A stretch of DNA of 64,000 nucleotides, taken from positions 8,370,001 through 8,434,000 of the forward strand of contig OX597834.1 in NCBI GenBank assembly GCA_951406725.2, in the 5' to 3' direction. Positions 27,275 through 41,661 of this stretch are shown piece after piece. Origin of the DNA: Octopus vulgaris (lineage: Eukaryota). Numbering within the stretch: position 1 is the first letter of the stretch; the number at the start of each line of letters is the position of its first letter. Made by a program: the position numbers and the translations under genes. Below the pieces are notes generated by a model. It saw only the letters and a list, made by a program, of their open reading frames with translations. It ran no database searches and was not told where the DNA came from.

Positions 27275-28265
27275 AGACATGTTAGTACGCCGTGTGAAGT
27301 GCTTAGCGGTATCTCGTCTGTCCTTACATTTTGAGTTGAAATTCCGGCGAGGTCGACTTTGACTTTCATCCTCACGGGGGTCGATAAATTAAGTACCAGT
27401 TTCGTACTGGGGTCGATATGATCGACTGCCTCCCCCCTCCCTAAAAATTCGGAGCTTGTGCCTAGAGTAGAAAAGGATATTAATATTATTATTTAAAAGA
27501 CGGCAAACTGGCAGATGCGTTTGCATGGCGGGAGAAATACTGAGCAGTATTTCGTCTCTATGCACGTTTTGAGTTCAAATTCCGCAGAGGTCGATTTGGC
27601 CTTTCATCCTCTTGGGATCGATAAATTAAATACCAGTTGCGTACTGAGGTCGATCCCATCGACTTACTCCCCTCTCCCGAAATTTGGGTCCCTGTGCCTA
27701 GAGAGGAAAAGATCATTATTATTATTATTAATATTAGTAGTAGTAGTAGTAGTATTGCGAGCTGGCAGAAACGTTAGCATGCCGGGCGAAATGCGTAGCC
27801 GTATTTCGTCTGCCGTTAAGTTCTGAGTTAAAATTCCGCCGAGGTCGACTTTGGCGTTCATCCTTTTGGGTTCGATAAATTAAGTACCAGTAACGCACTG
27901 GAGTCGATATATTCGACTTAATCCGTTTGTCTGTCCCCTCTGTGTTTAGCCCCTTGTGGGTAGTAATGAAATAGGTACTTCGTCTGCCGTTATGTTCTGA
28001 GTTCAAATTCCACCCATGTCGACTTTGACTTTAATCATTTCGATATCAGTAATTAAGTACTAGTTGCGTACTGTGGTCAATCTGTTCGGCATGCTTCTCC
28101 TCAGAATTTCAGGCCTTTATTAGAAAGGATTATTGTACTCAGTGAGCTGGCAGAATCGTTAACGCGCTGGACCAATGCTCACCTGTCGCTATTTTCTGAG
28201 TTCAAACTCCGCAGTGACCGACTTTAACTCTCATTATTTCGAGCTGGATAAAATAAGTACAAGTT
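27275..28265 (+). mobile_element. Cluster of 4-5 SINE B copies (B2 and B1)
   Basis: Repeated gagttcaaattccgccgaggtcgactttg...aagtaccag; the B1 tail at ~27950-27975 runs into ggtacttcgtctgcc of an older copy. Confidence 0.85.
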
Positions 28266-28344
28266 ATATATATATATATATATATTATATTATTTTATAT
28301 GTATGTAGGTAGGTATGTGTAATATATATGTATGTATATATAAT

Positions 28345-28381
<37 letters not shown>

Positions 28382-28604
28382 AATATATATATAATATATG
28401 CATATAATATATATACATGTATATATAATATATATATGCATATAATATATATAAATGTATATATGATATATATATGCATAGATAAAATATATATATAATG
28501 CGAATATAATATGTATATATTATATATTATAATATATTTATATATTATATATATAATATATATATTAAATATAATATACATACTATATATAATATATATT
28601 ATAC

Positions 28605-28664
<60 letters not shown>

Positions 28665-29484
28665 TATATCATTCTTATATGTTTAGTTTATGACTAGACT
28701 GGGGCAATGAAGTTCTTAAACGCTTGAAATCTTTAACTATTCCCTGGTTTTCTTTGTGAATATGATGATGTGAATTTTATACACCTTCTACGATGAAGCG
28801 AATAGGTAATGACAATGATATTGCACCTGAGAAGAACCATTATCAACTCGTCTATTTTTGATTTGTTCGATTACCTTTAGATTACAATAATATGTTTTTG
28901 CAAATATAGTGTTTTTCTGTGTTAATTTTGGAACGTATTTTGTTGCTAATAATGCTTCTATGCTTAAATTTTTTTTACGAAAAGAGGGAAAATACAAAAG
29001 GATACGTGGATAATGGATTAATAGCCAAAGAAATGGTTAAGTATGGAAATACAAATCTCCCCTTGTGTGTGTATGTGTGTGTGTGTGTGCGTGTGTGTGT
29101 GTATGTGCGCCTGCGTGTGTGTGTGCCTGTGTGTGTGTATTTCCGACTACATATATTGAGAGATAAATGGACAGTTTTTCTGTCTGTTGCTTGTAGGCAA
29201 AGTCTGTTGCAAATAATCAAAAACGAAGAATTTTCCAGCTTACTTAGCACAATTTTCTTTTAAGATTGTCTGCCTTACAATATCCGTGCTTAAGTGCGAA
29301 TCCAACTTGGCACAAAGAACTATATAACAATAGATTCACTATAGATTACTTAACAAATGTATATCTATCCACGTGAAAAATATTCAAAGAACAGTTTAAA
29401 GCGTTTGACTCTGCCCTACATTAGACTAACCCCCTTTTTTTTATCTTTCTCTTTCTCTTTCTCCCTCTCAGTGTATATATAAAG

Positions 29485-29547
<63 letters not shown>

Positions 29548-29719
29548 TGGGGGACAGAAAACGACCGAATTGTTTGCTTGTATATGCCTGCACGTACGTA
29601 TAAGCGTAAATATTTCGTTGGGCGAAATCAAACGCTATAAACAGTTCTTTAAATGTTATGCACATGGATAGATCTTAATTTGTTAAATATTTTATATAGA
29701 TTCTATTGTTGTGTGTGTA

Positions 29720-29769
<50 letters not shown>

Positions 29770-30169
29770 AAGTTACTTAGTAAATGCAAACTTTTACTAC
29801 TGGAATGTTTCTGTAATTATAAAAGTTCTTCCCTCTCTTCACTTCAGATTCGCGGTTCCGTAGAACGAAGGTTCAAGACAGTTGAGGTCTTCAAATAGTA
29901 ATTATATCCATTATTCCGTCAATGTTTAACTACAGATTTCCGCAACGTCGATCCAATTTGGAAAAATAGCAACCCAAAAAAACGGATGCTTGATTACCTG
30001 CTCTTCAATGATGTGTCTGAAAATATGAGTGAGGCAACATTTGCTTGTTGCTCACATTATGTCTTCAAGAACTGGGGGAATAATGGGTTAATGGGAACAT
30101 CAAAGTTAGCTTTAAGTGTTTTAGTTTTTTACAATTATATGATTTAAATCATCAAACACCGTCCAAACA

Positions 30170-30643
30170 TTTTACTATGGCCAAGCTGGGGCACCCTCGT
30201 CAATGACCTTTAGTCGAACAGAATCAACTGTAGACCAACGTGTCGTTTTAATCCTACTACTAATTCTGTTGGTCCATTTTTACTGAACTGCTAATTTATG
30301 GGGCCGGATGCAAACACACACACACACGCACACGCACACGCGCGCGCATACATACACGCATACACATACGTACGCATACACTCACACACAAACATATGTT
30401 TATAGTTTTACGGTTTCATTCATTTCACTGCGGTCATGCTGGAGCACCGCCTTTAGTTGAACAAATCGACCAAACGACATATGTGTTAAGCTTAGCACTT
30501 ATTCAATCGCTAAGTTGTAGGGGCGCAAATACACCAACACCTGTTGTCAAGCAGTGATGAGAGGTCAAACACAGCCACAAATACACACTCAAACACACAG
30601 ACACAAGCACACACACGCACACACACACGCACACACACACACA

Positions 30644-30679
<36 letters not shown>

Positions 30680-30680
30680 A
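30170..30680 (-). mobile_element. Old SINE A fragments
   Basis: catgctggagcaccgcctttagt...aaatcgacc, ttgtcaagc and an (AC)n(AT)n cassette. Confidence 0.6.
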
Positions 30681-30723
30681 ACAAATACTTCTACACACAT
30701 ACATACATACATACATACATACA

Positions 30724-30758
<35 letters not shown>

Positions 30759-31209
30759 GTCTCCGGAAATTATACCTACATTTTTATGGATGGATTCACC
30801 TTCTCTGGGAAGTTAACAATATTTTTTTTTAAACTTTTATATAAAACTGTGCATCATTAGAAAGCATTTTAAGTTTGCTTATAATTTGACATTAAATTTC
30901 ATAGAACTCACTCCTAATACTTCATGAGGATAATCAAACTCTCTAGGATGTCTGGAAAACATATATGTGATTTGGCTGATGAATACTGGACATTTGTATT
31001 TGCTGCAATATTTGCAGCTTCAAATAAAATTGCTCTTAGTATGAAACAATTGTACTAAACTACTAATCCATTATTGCTGCTATTTTTTTTGGTTATAATC
31101 ACCCCACATTATTTTATGGTTAATGCCATAAAGAATTCTGGTGCATCTAAGTTAAGTACCATATTCATTTGAATTCATTGGAATTCACTTGAATCTTATT
31201 TGTTTTTTG

Positions 31210-31269
<60 letters not shown>

Positions 31270-33221
31270 CATTCTGCTGAAGTACATCTATCGAGCGAAT
31301 TGTTATTGCACTTTTCATGCTGCGTGACTATTCAACTATCACCAACAATTTCACATTGGTAAGTGATGAATGACATATATTGAAATCTAATTTCATTGCA
31401 TTCAAGATGTCTCCGCTCTCAAAAAATATAGACATGTTGTCAAGTGAACAGGAAAATTCCTCTGGTTAATACACACTGCTATTAATCTTTCACATGGCAG
31501 CAAAATGGTCAAATCTTTAGATCGTCGAAAAAAGCAATTGTGGCATTCCATCCTGTTTCGTTCTTTCTGGAATATCGCGAACAGAGACGAGAGAATTTGG
31601 AAAACAATCAACCAAGTGATTGTTTAACCAGCACATTAAACAAACGATTGATTACTTACTTGTTAGATATTTAATCACTAAAAGTAAAGAACAGCAATGA
31701 ACGCGTATGAGTGATATAATTATTGGCGTAATGAGTTTTCTTAGACACAACACAATTTACAATAGAAAATAACAAACCAAATACAACAGTATTAATAAAG
31801 ACTTTTGATATAACATATAAAGATATGCCTATATCTATATATGTATATAAATATATCATTGAGTGTGTTTGTGTATGTGAGTATGGGTATGAATGTGTGT
31901 GCGTGTGATTTTGATCAGCTGTGTGATGTACCATTACGTGAAACTCTTACTAACAATTCATGTAATTTTTTTCTTCGGCCTCAATATAACCGCATTCTAC
32001 TCAGCTTTTCTTATTTGAGTAGTCTCTTTTGAAAATTTAGTTTACACCTACGTGATTCCTTGAGAGAGAGAGAGAGAGAGGAGAGGGAGTGAGATGGAGA
32101 GAGAGAGAGAATAGGGAGAAAGAGAAAGAGAGAACGCCCCTCGGTAACTCCATGTTTATACATGAATCCGTAAGATGTGCTGGCATTCCATTTCAATTGT
32201 CAATGTAATGCATTGGAAATGGTTCCAGTTATTAATACACGTTTTAGGATGTAACCGTTTCATCTATTCATTGTTTGCACGGGTATGTTATGCCCTTATG
32301 TATGTTCAGTCGACTTGTAATCCTGTAAGAACTGTTTTGTTGAAATATACACTGATGTCAATTCTCTACGCAAGATCATGCTTCATTAATGGTCTTTCTT
32401 ACTTCAGCTTCTGCAAAATATTTTTAGCTTAAAACAATAATATTTCTAGATCAGTCGACTTATATAGACGCTCGCACACTTATATCCTAGATTAAGTCAT
32501 AATAAGCGTCCAACGATGTGGCGTTTTAGTTGTAGGCAAAAATTGATATGTTGCTGACGGTAACATTGTTGCTGGATTTTATATTATGGATGAACATTTT
32601 TCTCAAAATATTGATTAAACCAAGGCAGGAACAAATATATATATTACATCCATGAACAATCTGTTAGCTTCCTTATGTTGCAAAAATACAAGAATTCTAA
32701 AATTGGGAATCAATATATATCAGTAAGACTTTAAACCAAACAACATAGTACAGATGTCCAATATTATATTCAAATATTAATGCAAAGAGGAAAGCTGGCT
32801 ATAAAGCATATATCAAAACTACATCTGTTACCGTGAACCTTAATTCGCCTTCTGACCATTCTTTCCAAATTGGAACTGTGGTCGTAAGTTACGTAACACA
32901 AAAAGTCAAGAATACCAGAATAGTATTAGATTATAAACAAAAACATCTGATATGCAGTGTTTTTTCTGCCTGGACTTGCATGCATTGACGAAAGCAATCG
33001 ATAAAACTGAAAATGCATAATTTTTTGAAAAAATTAAAAGGTTCCCTGCTGTTCGCAGAATTACACGTGTATGTTTCCAAAGATATTTCCTTTGAGCTGC
33101 AGATTCGGAAAACAATCCCTTCGTACGTACGTGTACGCGTGCACGTTTCTTTCTTCATGTGCAATATAAAAAAATATACATTAAACACACACACACACGC
33201 ATACGTGTATTTGTGTTTATA

Positions 33222-33297
<76 letters not shown>

Positions 33298-33299
33298 TA

Positions 33300-33519
33300 T
33301 ATTAATATTATCGCCATACTAATATGGCAGTCTATAAACATAAGACTAAAGCTGTCGCTGATTAGCTCCAAGAGGCCATCGCCTCTAGCTAGCTATACGA
33401 CACACGAACCAGCTTTAGTCTTATGTTTATAGACTGCCATATTAGTATGGCGATAACTATTACTATCCAGTAACGCTGCCGTAATCTCCTTTAGAGAGAC
33501 TTAGTAATTTTAATATTTC

Positions 33520-33525
<6 letters not shown>
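33300..33525. repeat. Foldback element with perfect 47-bp inverted arms in (AT)n
   Basis: 33308-33354 is the exact reverse complement of 33410-33456. Confidence 0.85.
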
Positions 33526-33562
<37 letters not shown>

Positions 33563-33569
<7 letters not shown>

Positions 33570-33763
33570 CAGGGTGAATACTTGATAAATGTAAGCACCT
33601 GTATATGCCAGCTAGTGGAATAGGTGATAGGATATATGTATCAAATGAAATAAATGAAAAACAGCACGCAAAGGATTTTGCGGTACATATGTTTCGGGTT
33701 TATATAAACATATGTACCGTAAAATCCTTTGCGACCTGTTTTTCATTTATTTCATTTGATACA
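33563..33763. repeat. Foldback element with ~58-bp arms and 11-nt loop
   Basis: 33637-33694 versus 33706-33763; minus strand GAAA catatg TA at the turn resembles the 3' half of a hammerhead. Confidence 0.8.
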
Positions 33764-33803
33764 CACACACACACACACACACACACGTACACACACACAC
33801 ACG

Positions 33804-33862
<59 letters not shown>

Positions 33863-33974
33863 GTGTGTGTGTGTATAATGTGTGTATGTTATATATATAA
33901 TATTTGTAAACAAACCCGAAATGCTTTGCAAGTTACGCAAAGTGACTAGAGAATTCGTTTAGTACAATAATAAC

Positions 33975-34590
33975 TATATAATTGTATATGTATTTCCCTA
34001 TTTAAATCGACATTTTAGATGAATATTTTACTGAAAAATGATGAGATAACACTAGTCAGAATCGAACCAACATATCAACGCTTACAAGGTTCCATGCGAA
34101 TCCGATCTGGCCAAACGCACACCGATCAATTTCACAAATATGCTTTTCTACTCTAGGTACAAGGCCCAAAATTTTGTGGAGGGGGCAGTCGATTAGATCG
34201 ACCCTAATACGTAACTGGTACGTAATTTATTGACGCCGTAATTTATTGACGCCGAAGGGATCAATAAGTCGATCTCGGCGGAATTTGAACTCAGAACCTA
34301 ACGACAGACGAAATACTGCTAAGCATTTTTCCCGGCGTCCTAAAGTTTCTGCCGCTCGCCTCATTTTCACAAATATTGTATGTAGTATTAGGGAGTTACA
34401 GTATATATTCGTAAAATTTGGCTCAAATTGATGGGTGAACGTTTGATACAATAGCAAAATAAACGCGTGGAGCCATGTAAGTGTTAATATGTGGATTCGA
34501 TTCTGGTTAGGTTTAGCTCATAATTTTTCAGTCAATTGTTTTTATATCATGTCACTTTAAATTGGAGAATATATACTATCATTACGATAT
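33975..34590. mobile_element. Old MITE/foldback with ~120-bp diverged inverted arms, containing a SINE B2
   Basis: ctgaaaaatgatgag...cagaatcgaaccaacatatcaacgcttacaagg matches the reverse complement of ~34465-34580. Confidence 0.6.
34142..34364 (-). mobile_element. SINE B2 with 12-bp TSD
   Basis: TSD tttcacaaatat at 34130-34141 and 34365-34376. Confidence 0.85.
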
Positions 34591-35193
34591 ATTATTATAT
34601 ATATTCATGCACACACACACACACACACATAAATTCGCATACATACATATATACCTTTTAGAAACCAACACTTTCCCTATTGACAAATCTAGAAATAAAA
34701 CTGTATAATCACGTACATACATATCACTTATCCGCTTGCTTCTGATATAAATGAGTATGGCGTGATAGCATAAAAGGAATATTTTACCAAATTTTCAGGA
34801 AAATTCCATTCATGTTTCGATCTTCTGTGGAATCGTATGCTAAATATGCTGTTGTCACCACTTTGATCACAAATATTACAGAATATCTTCGATGTATCTA
34901 GCGTAGTGAAACCGTTTCAAGACTTTTCTCGATATCTAGTTGACTTATTTCATTCAACAATATACTATTCTATCATTACCTTATAAACCATTGTTTTAAT
35001 GGCCAAACGCTCTTTTCTTTCATGCAGTGTTAATCGGAATACCCACTTTATTGAAAAACAAGCTCATAGACGTTATATAAGAAATTGCGTTCGCCCAGTT
35101 TCATGGAATCCCCATTTCAAGTATATATACATATATTCTTGATTTTATATATGATTGTGGGTAATAGTAATACACACACAGACACAGACACAC

Positions 35194-35230
<37 letters not shown>

Positions 35231-35397
35231 ACAATTAAGGAATGGCCTTAATAGACCATTCGTCCACTAGAAAGAGCAGCCAGGGCTCAAACCGCTAAGT
35301 AGTAGTAATTCAGAAATTAGGTGAAAATTTAAAAACGTTTACTCTAATTCGCTGGTAGCGATAAATTTCTATCGAATTTTTTGCTACCCTAAATTGA

Positions 35398-35482
<85 letters not shown>

Positions 35483-35490
35483 TAGATAAA

Positions 35491-35813
35491 TGGTACAAGG
35501 CACCAGTATTTACTGGAAAATAGCAATCGTAATAAATACGACGCTATTGTCTAGCTTCACTGCGTATTTACTAGCAAAGACGCGTGTGTGCAACAAACAT
35601 GAAAAAATTTGTCTTACCTCTTGCAAGAACATCTGATAAATGGACAACCCAGAATCGGATAATGCAGGACCGGTTTCTAACTCTTCAAATACGTTTGACA
35701 ACATAAATTTGATTAGTCTTCATCAGCTAGTATATACACAGTGAAGCTATACAATAGCATCGTATTTATTACAATTGCTATTTTCCAGTAAATATTGGTG
35801 CCTCGTTGTACCA
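35491..35813. mobile_element. Foldback Penelope-like fragment with decayed hammerhead
   Basis: ~85-bp inverted arms (35491-35575 and 35726-35813); minus strand CTGATGA agac...gtc AAAC gTA (G of GAAA missing). Confidence 0.65.
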
Positions 35814-35892
35814 TGTATTTTCTTTTATATGTATAATTTTACCCTTATGGGCTATCTTTTACTGGAAAGTAATACATTCATATATATATATA

Positions 35893-36287
35893 CTAGCAGT
35901 ATCGCCCGGCGTTGCTCGGGTTTGTAAGGGAAATAACTATATAAGCATTTTCAGAGATGTAAAATATAATAGCCATCTCGATATGGCTAACTACAAAGGG
36001 GGGGGCGTGTTACTGTAGCTTTTTACGTTCTGAGATTTAATAATACATTTTTAGAGAGTTACCTCCCATATATAATAGCGACAAAATGCAATATAATGGA
36101 AAAAATGTGGGTAATTTTTTTTTTAAATCGTAGCCTCATCGTAAACGCGCGCTAATACCCAGAAGGGCTCGATATGAATTACGACTATAAGATAACCGGT
36201 TTTGGTTAAACTGCACCGCAAAATGTGGGAGTAGTTAGGAATCTAAATCGTAGGAGACAGACAGCACACAACCTCACTTTTATATAT

Positions 36288-36292
<5 letters not shown>
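35893..36292 (-). mobile_element. Non-autonomous Helitron (~400 bp)
   Basis: Minus-strand 3' end cccgagcaacgccggg hairpin followed by CTAG|T; 5' end ctttatatataaaagtgagg; inserted in a TA run with no TSD. Confidence 0.85.
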
Positions 36293-36341
<49 letters not shown>

Positions 36342-37040
36342 TTGGTGTCTGTGTCTCTATGTATACACCTGGCACCCTTATCGCAGTTCTCAAAGAAATT
36401 TAGGGTCACACAGTATGCAACACAAATGGTCTTCGAATACAGGTACGACAGTTGAATGTGTGTCTTTATTGCTGGTACGTGTGTATGCATATTTATGTTT
36501 CTTACTGTATGTGCTCTTATTTCTGGAAAGAGTCATTTTATGTCGCTGATTACGAACAAAATCCTGCGAGGTCGACTTTCCAATTCATCTTTTCAGGTTC
36601 GATTAAGTAAGTACCAATTACACACTGGGGACGATATAATCGACTTAATCCCTTTGTCTCTCCTTGTTTGTCCCCTCAATGTTTAGCCTCCCCCCCTCTC
36701 CGTGGGCAATAACAAATTAAATATACATTGCATATTTTTTCTAATACCTGCTTTAAATTATATCACAAGATTCCGCACTGTTTGGTATTTCATTTCCTGA
36801 ATCCCAACTGATGAATGATATGTTGACTGAGGTGATATTTTAATTGAGAATGTAAAGAGCCGGGATAAATTATTATGTCTGAATCTCTAACACCTGTATC
36901 ACCTTGCCACCAGATCTATCCTTGATGATGCAGATTATTATGAAGATAAAAATTTATAACTCCTAGCTCGTGAGTAGTAATAATAATAATAATTCTTTCC
37001 TGAAGTAGACGTAACATTTTTCGAAACGTTCTATTACCTA

Positions 37041-37211
37041 GGCGCAGGAGTGGCTGTGTGGTAAGTAGCTTGCTAACCAACCACATGGTTCCGGGTTCAG
37101 TCCCCCTGCGTGGCATCTTGGGCAAGTGTTTTCTGCTATAGCACCGGGCCGACCACTGCCTTGTGGGTGGATTTAGTAGATGGAAACTGAAAGAAGCCTG
37201 TCGTATATATG

Positions 37212-37277
<66 letters not shown>

Positions 37278-37498
37278 TGTGTTTGTGTGCCTGTGTTTGT
37301 TCCCCTAGCATTGCTTGACAACCGATGCTGGTGTGTTTACGTCCTCGTCACTTACCGGTTCGGCAAAAGACACATATAGGATAAGTACTGGGCTTACAAA
37401 GAATAAGTCCCGGGGTCGATTTGCTCGACTAAAGGCGGTGCTCCAGCATGGCCGCAGTCAAATGACAGAAACAAGTAAAAGAGAAAAAAAAGTAAGAG
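37041..37498 (+). mobile_element. SINE family A
   Basis: Full length starting GGCGCAGGAGTGGCTGTGTGG. Confidence 0.9.
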
Positions 37499-37539
37499 TT
37501 CGTTTTACTCAATGATTAGAATAATTTTTTTACAATAAA

Positions 37540-38785
37540 ATAGAAAGCAAATTTGATCCAAAATAGCATACATTTCACGCCGGCTCTACAGGCACACTAA
37601 TGCATAGTTATAAATAATGCAGAGAGTTCTGGACAGGCATGGAGATCATCTTGGTGCAAGTGCGCATGTGCTACAGAGAAAGAAAAAAAAACTATAATGA
37701 ATTTAGAAGTAAACTGGAATGACTGTGCTTCTCGGAAACTGCCAAACGGAATATTTTAATGTCAGATCTCTCAGTAAAGTGCTACAAATGTCCCAACCTT
37801 ATGAAAAACATGATGATACAGAATTTTGTTTAGTGCTGTGCGTATATTGGGTCTAGGAAAAAGCTTTGAAAATGCTCTAAAATTATGCAAATACTTTTCT
37901 CTTTAACATCGCAACACATTTTGGAATGGAGCAGTTAGGGCAAATGATAAAATAACTAATGCAAGTACGTTTACTAACGACATTAATATTGACGAAGTGG
38001 AATAGCAAAAATGGTAATACCTATATGAGAATCTCAGAAAAAGTCAACCTCAATTACTATCCGGCATGAAATTAACAATAAATAAGTAATCTCGTCAGAT
38101 AGACTACCTGTGATTCCAAATGCAAATGTACACCTGTAAAATTACATTTCAGATGAATGCTAACGAGCATTACAGAAAGCACAGCACAGCGTGTATCCTG
38201 CAAAAGCATTACTGGAACTAGGAGTGGAGGCATAGTTGGTAGCCGGAGTTCTAATTTCAGTAAATATTGGAATACAAAACAGGAAAGAAATACATATGCC
38301 TATTGTAATTGAATGCATTAAATAAGTGGATCTCAAACACGGTCCATACGGTCGCTAAGTGTTCAGATAAGCTGTTTGGCTATCGATACAACAAAATAGT
38401 AAACAGAATTCGTTTGTACAGGTCATTGGATATAGTTTGTCTGAAGTTACTTGAATCAGATAGGTATGTTCCATTTTTTCTGTGCTCTCAAATTTTAAAT
38501 TTTGAATTGCTGTACTGAGGAAGAAAATGATCGAATGAAGGTGTGGTTTTTGCATTTTTCATATCGATCTAATTCCGAAACGCGTCCACAGGTAATCATA
38601 TACCGAGTGGATTTCGTGTTTTTTTTTTCTCTCTGCCTACGTGAATTGTTTTGAGTATATATTGTCCGGGAGTTCCTTATTATGGTAGAAGAAATAGCTA
38701 AGTTTTTTGGCTGCTATTTCTAAAGTTCGGTATGTGGTGAAGCAAATTTTTTGGCTGATCCTAATTATAATTATACTCATAATTA

Positions 38786-38790
<5 letters not shown>
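37540..38790 (+). mobile_element. Possible highly decayed Penelope-like element (RT remnant and pLTR)
   Basis: Frameshifted traces resembling PLE RT motifs (MSDLS..TNVP near 37760-37795; FTNDI near 37970); ends with a hammerhead and the ggctgctatttcta tail before (TA)n. Confidence 0.4.
38510..38591 (+). ncRNA. Type I hammerhead ribozyme with long stem II
   Basis: ctgta CTGAGGA [agaa..gatcga..atgaa...ttcat..tcgatc..ttcc] GAAA cgcg TC cacag; palindromic stem III, GUC cleavage triplet, one mismatch at the base of stem I. Confidence 0.72.
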
Positions 38791-38820
<30 letters not shown>

Positions 38821-39384
38821 TAGAAAGACAAAAAACACATTTTATCAATTAAAATATATGTATGTATGTATGTATATAAACACGTATACATGAATATATA
38901 TATATATATATATAGGGTTTTTCAGAGCTGAAGCGAGGTGCCTTTAAAAACTTATTTATAATCTTTCTTTTTCTTTTCTTTTTAATCGGCAGATTAAATA
39001 ATTGCTAAAATATTTTTTTCTTTTCTTCTATTTAATAACTGTTTTACGCAGTAAAAGTTCAGTTATTTCTGCATGTTTATTTCTATACATGAAGGTGTTC
39101 GAAATTAAATTTTCCAGTTATGCACATTTTGGATATAAATTAAATTCTTCCTTTACATTCATATGAAAACAATAGAAATATTTGACGCTATTTGTTTTTT
39201 TTGTTGTTTTTTTTTTCTTGTGCTTCTACGTGTGTGCCCGTTGGCATGTCTGTGATATTGCGCATGAAATAGATGACTGGCACGTGAGTTGCTTCGAAGT
39301 GATTCCCTATTTGGAAGTGTATTTGAGAGTCTTTGGTATGCCTGCAAATGTGTATATGTGTATGCGCGTGTGTGTGCTTGTGTT

Positions 39385-39434
<50 letters not shown>

Positions 39435-39458
39435 TGTGTCGATATTTATATATGTGTT

Positions 39459-39708
39459 AAGGCGGTGAGCTGGCAGAAACGTTAGCACGCCGGGCGAAAT
39501 GCGTAACCGTATTTCGTCTGCCGCTACGTTCTGAGTTCAAATTCCGCCGAGGTCGACTTTGCCTTTCATCCTTTCGGGGTCGATAAATTAAGTACCAGTT
39601 ACTCAAAACTGGGGTCGATGTAATCGACTTAATCCCTTTGTCTGTCTTTGTCTGTCCTTGTTTGTCCACTCTGTGTTTAGCCCCTTGTGGGTAGTAAAGA
39701 ATTAGGTA
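39459..39708 (+). mobile_element. SINE B1, full-length monomer
   Basis: GGCGGTGAGCTGGCAGAAACGTTAGC...GAGTTCAAATTCC...gccccttgtgggtagtaaagaa. Confidence 0.9.
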
Positions 39709-40273
39709 ATTATATATGTATTTGTGTATGCTCGTGTATTTGGATGTTTTTACAAGAGCAATATATTTCTAATTTTATGTCAAAATAAGATAGAAGGAAC
39801 ATGTATTGGGAAACTAATGTAATTAAATATTCCATGCAATATTGTTGTGACCCTTTGACAATAATAAAGGCTATAATACCATGGAGAGTAACAGTATTAA
39901 AACTAACAATAATCAAAGGATTAAGATGAAAATGAATCTCATTATGAAGAACAGTAAGAAGAGAGAAGCGGAAGATGGAATAAATGGAAGAAGAATCAGA
40001 ATATGTTCTTTCTTAATTGCTGTAAGAATCTTTCCATTTTAACTTTTCTGGCCTAAATACCAACTACTTACTATAGTATTACAAACGAAAAAAGAAAGAA
40101 AAGAAAACGGGTACAAACGTATTGCAAAACATAGATAACAGCAAGACATTACATTACTAGTTAAAGTAGGTATCAGTAGACAGTACACGATATATTAAAA
40201 AACCCCACGTTATCCGTTGCCTTGTTGGGAATATACCGTACATACATATATACATACTTACATACTTACATAC

Positions 40274-40327
<54 letters not shown>

Positions 40328-40624
40328 GTTAATGTATATATATGTATGTATATGTATATATATATATATGTATATGTATATATGTATGTATATGTATATA
40401 TATGTATATGTATAAATATAATATATATGTATATATGTATGTATATATGCATATATATATATATATCCACCCATCCATCAATCCATCCATCCATCCATCC
40501 ATCCATCCCTCCGTTGCAGTTGCAACGGATACTAAAGGATGCAAGTTGAAACATGTGTACGTCTATATGAAGCGGTATATATAAAAAGAAACAAAAGGTA
40601 ATACTTTGCCACTTCGTAATAATG

Positions 40625-40706
<82 letters not shown>

Positions 40707-40839
40707 AAATATATGTATATATATTTACACACACACACACATATATATATATATATGTGTGTATATATACATATATATATGTATATACATATATATATAC
40801 ATATATATACATATATATGTATATATATATATGTATATA

Positions 40840-40879
<40 letters not shown>

Positions 40880-40961
40880 CATGTATATATATATATACAT
40901 GTGTGTATATATATATATATATATATACATGTGTGTATATATATATATATATATATATGTA

Positions 40962-41034
<73 letters not shown>

Positions 41035-41055
41035 GTATATACATATATATATATA

Positions 41056-41156
<101 letters not shown>

Positions 41157-41661
41157 ACGTCACCCTCTCCGTACACAGCACAAATGCCACGGTCAGCTTT
41201 TGCGGCCTTAGAAACTTTATTAAAGGCAAAAAGAAGGTGTCGAAAATGCTCGTTTTTTCTTAACTTGACATTCCAGTTTAATTATCTGAAAATAAACAAA
41301 AAATAACTAAAATTAACTAGTAAAAAAATAGATACGAAACTGATTCGAAAATAGAATCCTCGAAAAAATACATTCCAAAGTTAAAAAAAAAAAAACGGCA
41401 GGATCTTAGTTGCCCACCGAATATTAATTTAGAAAATGATTGTATCCATGCATTTAAACTAAAAACCGTACGTATGTAACAGGATGAAAGTTTTGCATTA
41501 CACAAATTTGAGGATTGTGTGTTAGAGCGCAGACAATGCTAAACCTGAAACAGCTCTGCATCACGTCACCTCGTGGTGTAAAGTTTCTTTGAGTTCCTCA
41601 GTTTGTACTTTTTTCTCTTGATTTTGGTTACTGTTTCCAAATCTTTCTCCTATTGTCAAAT

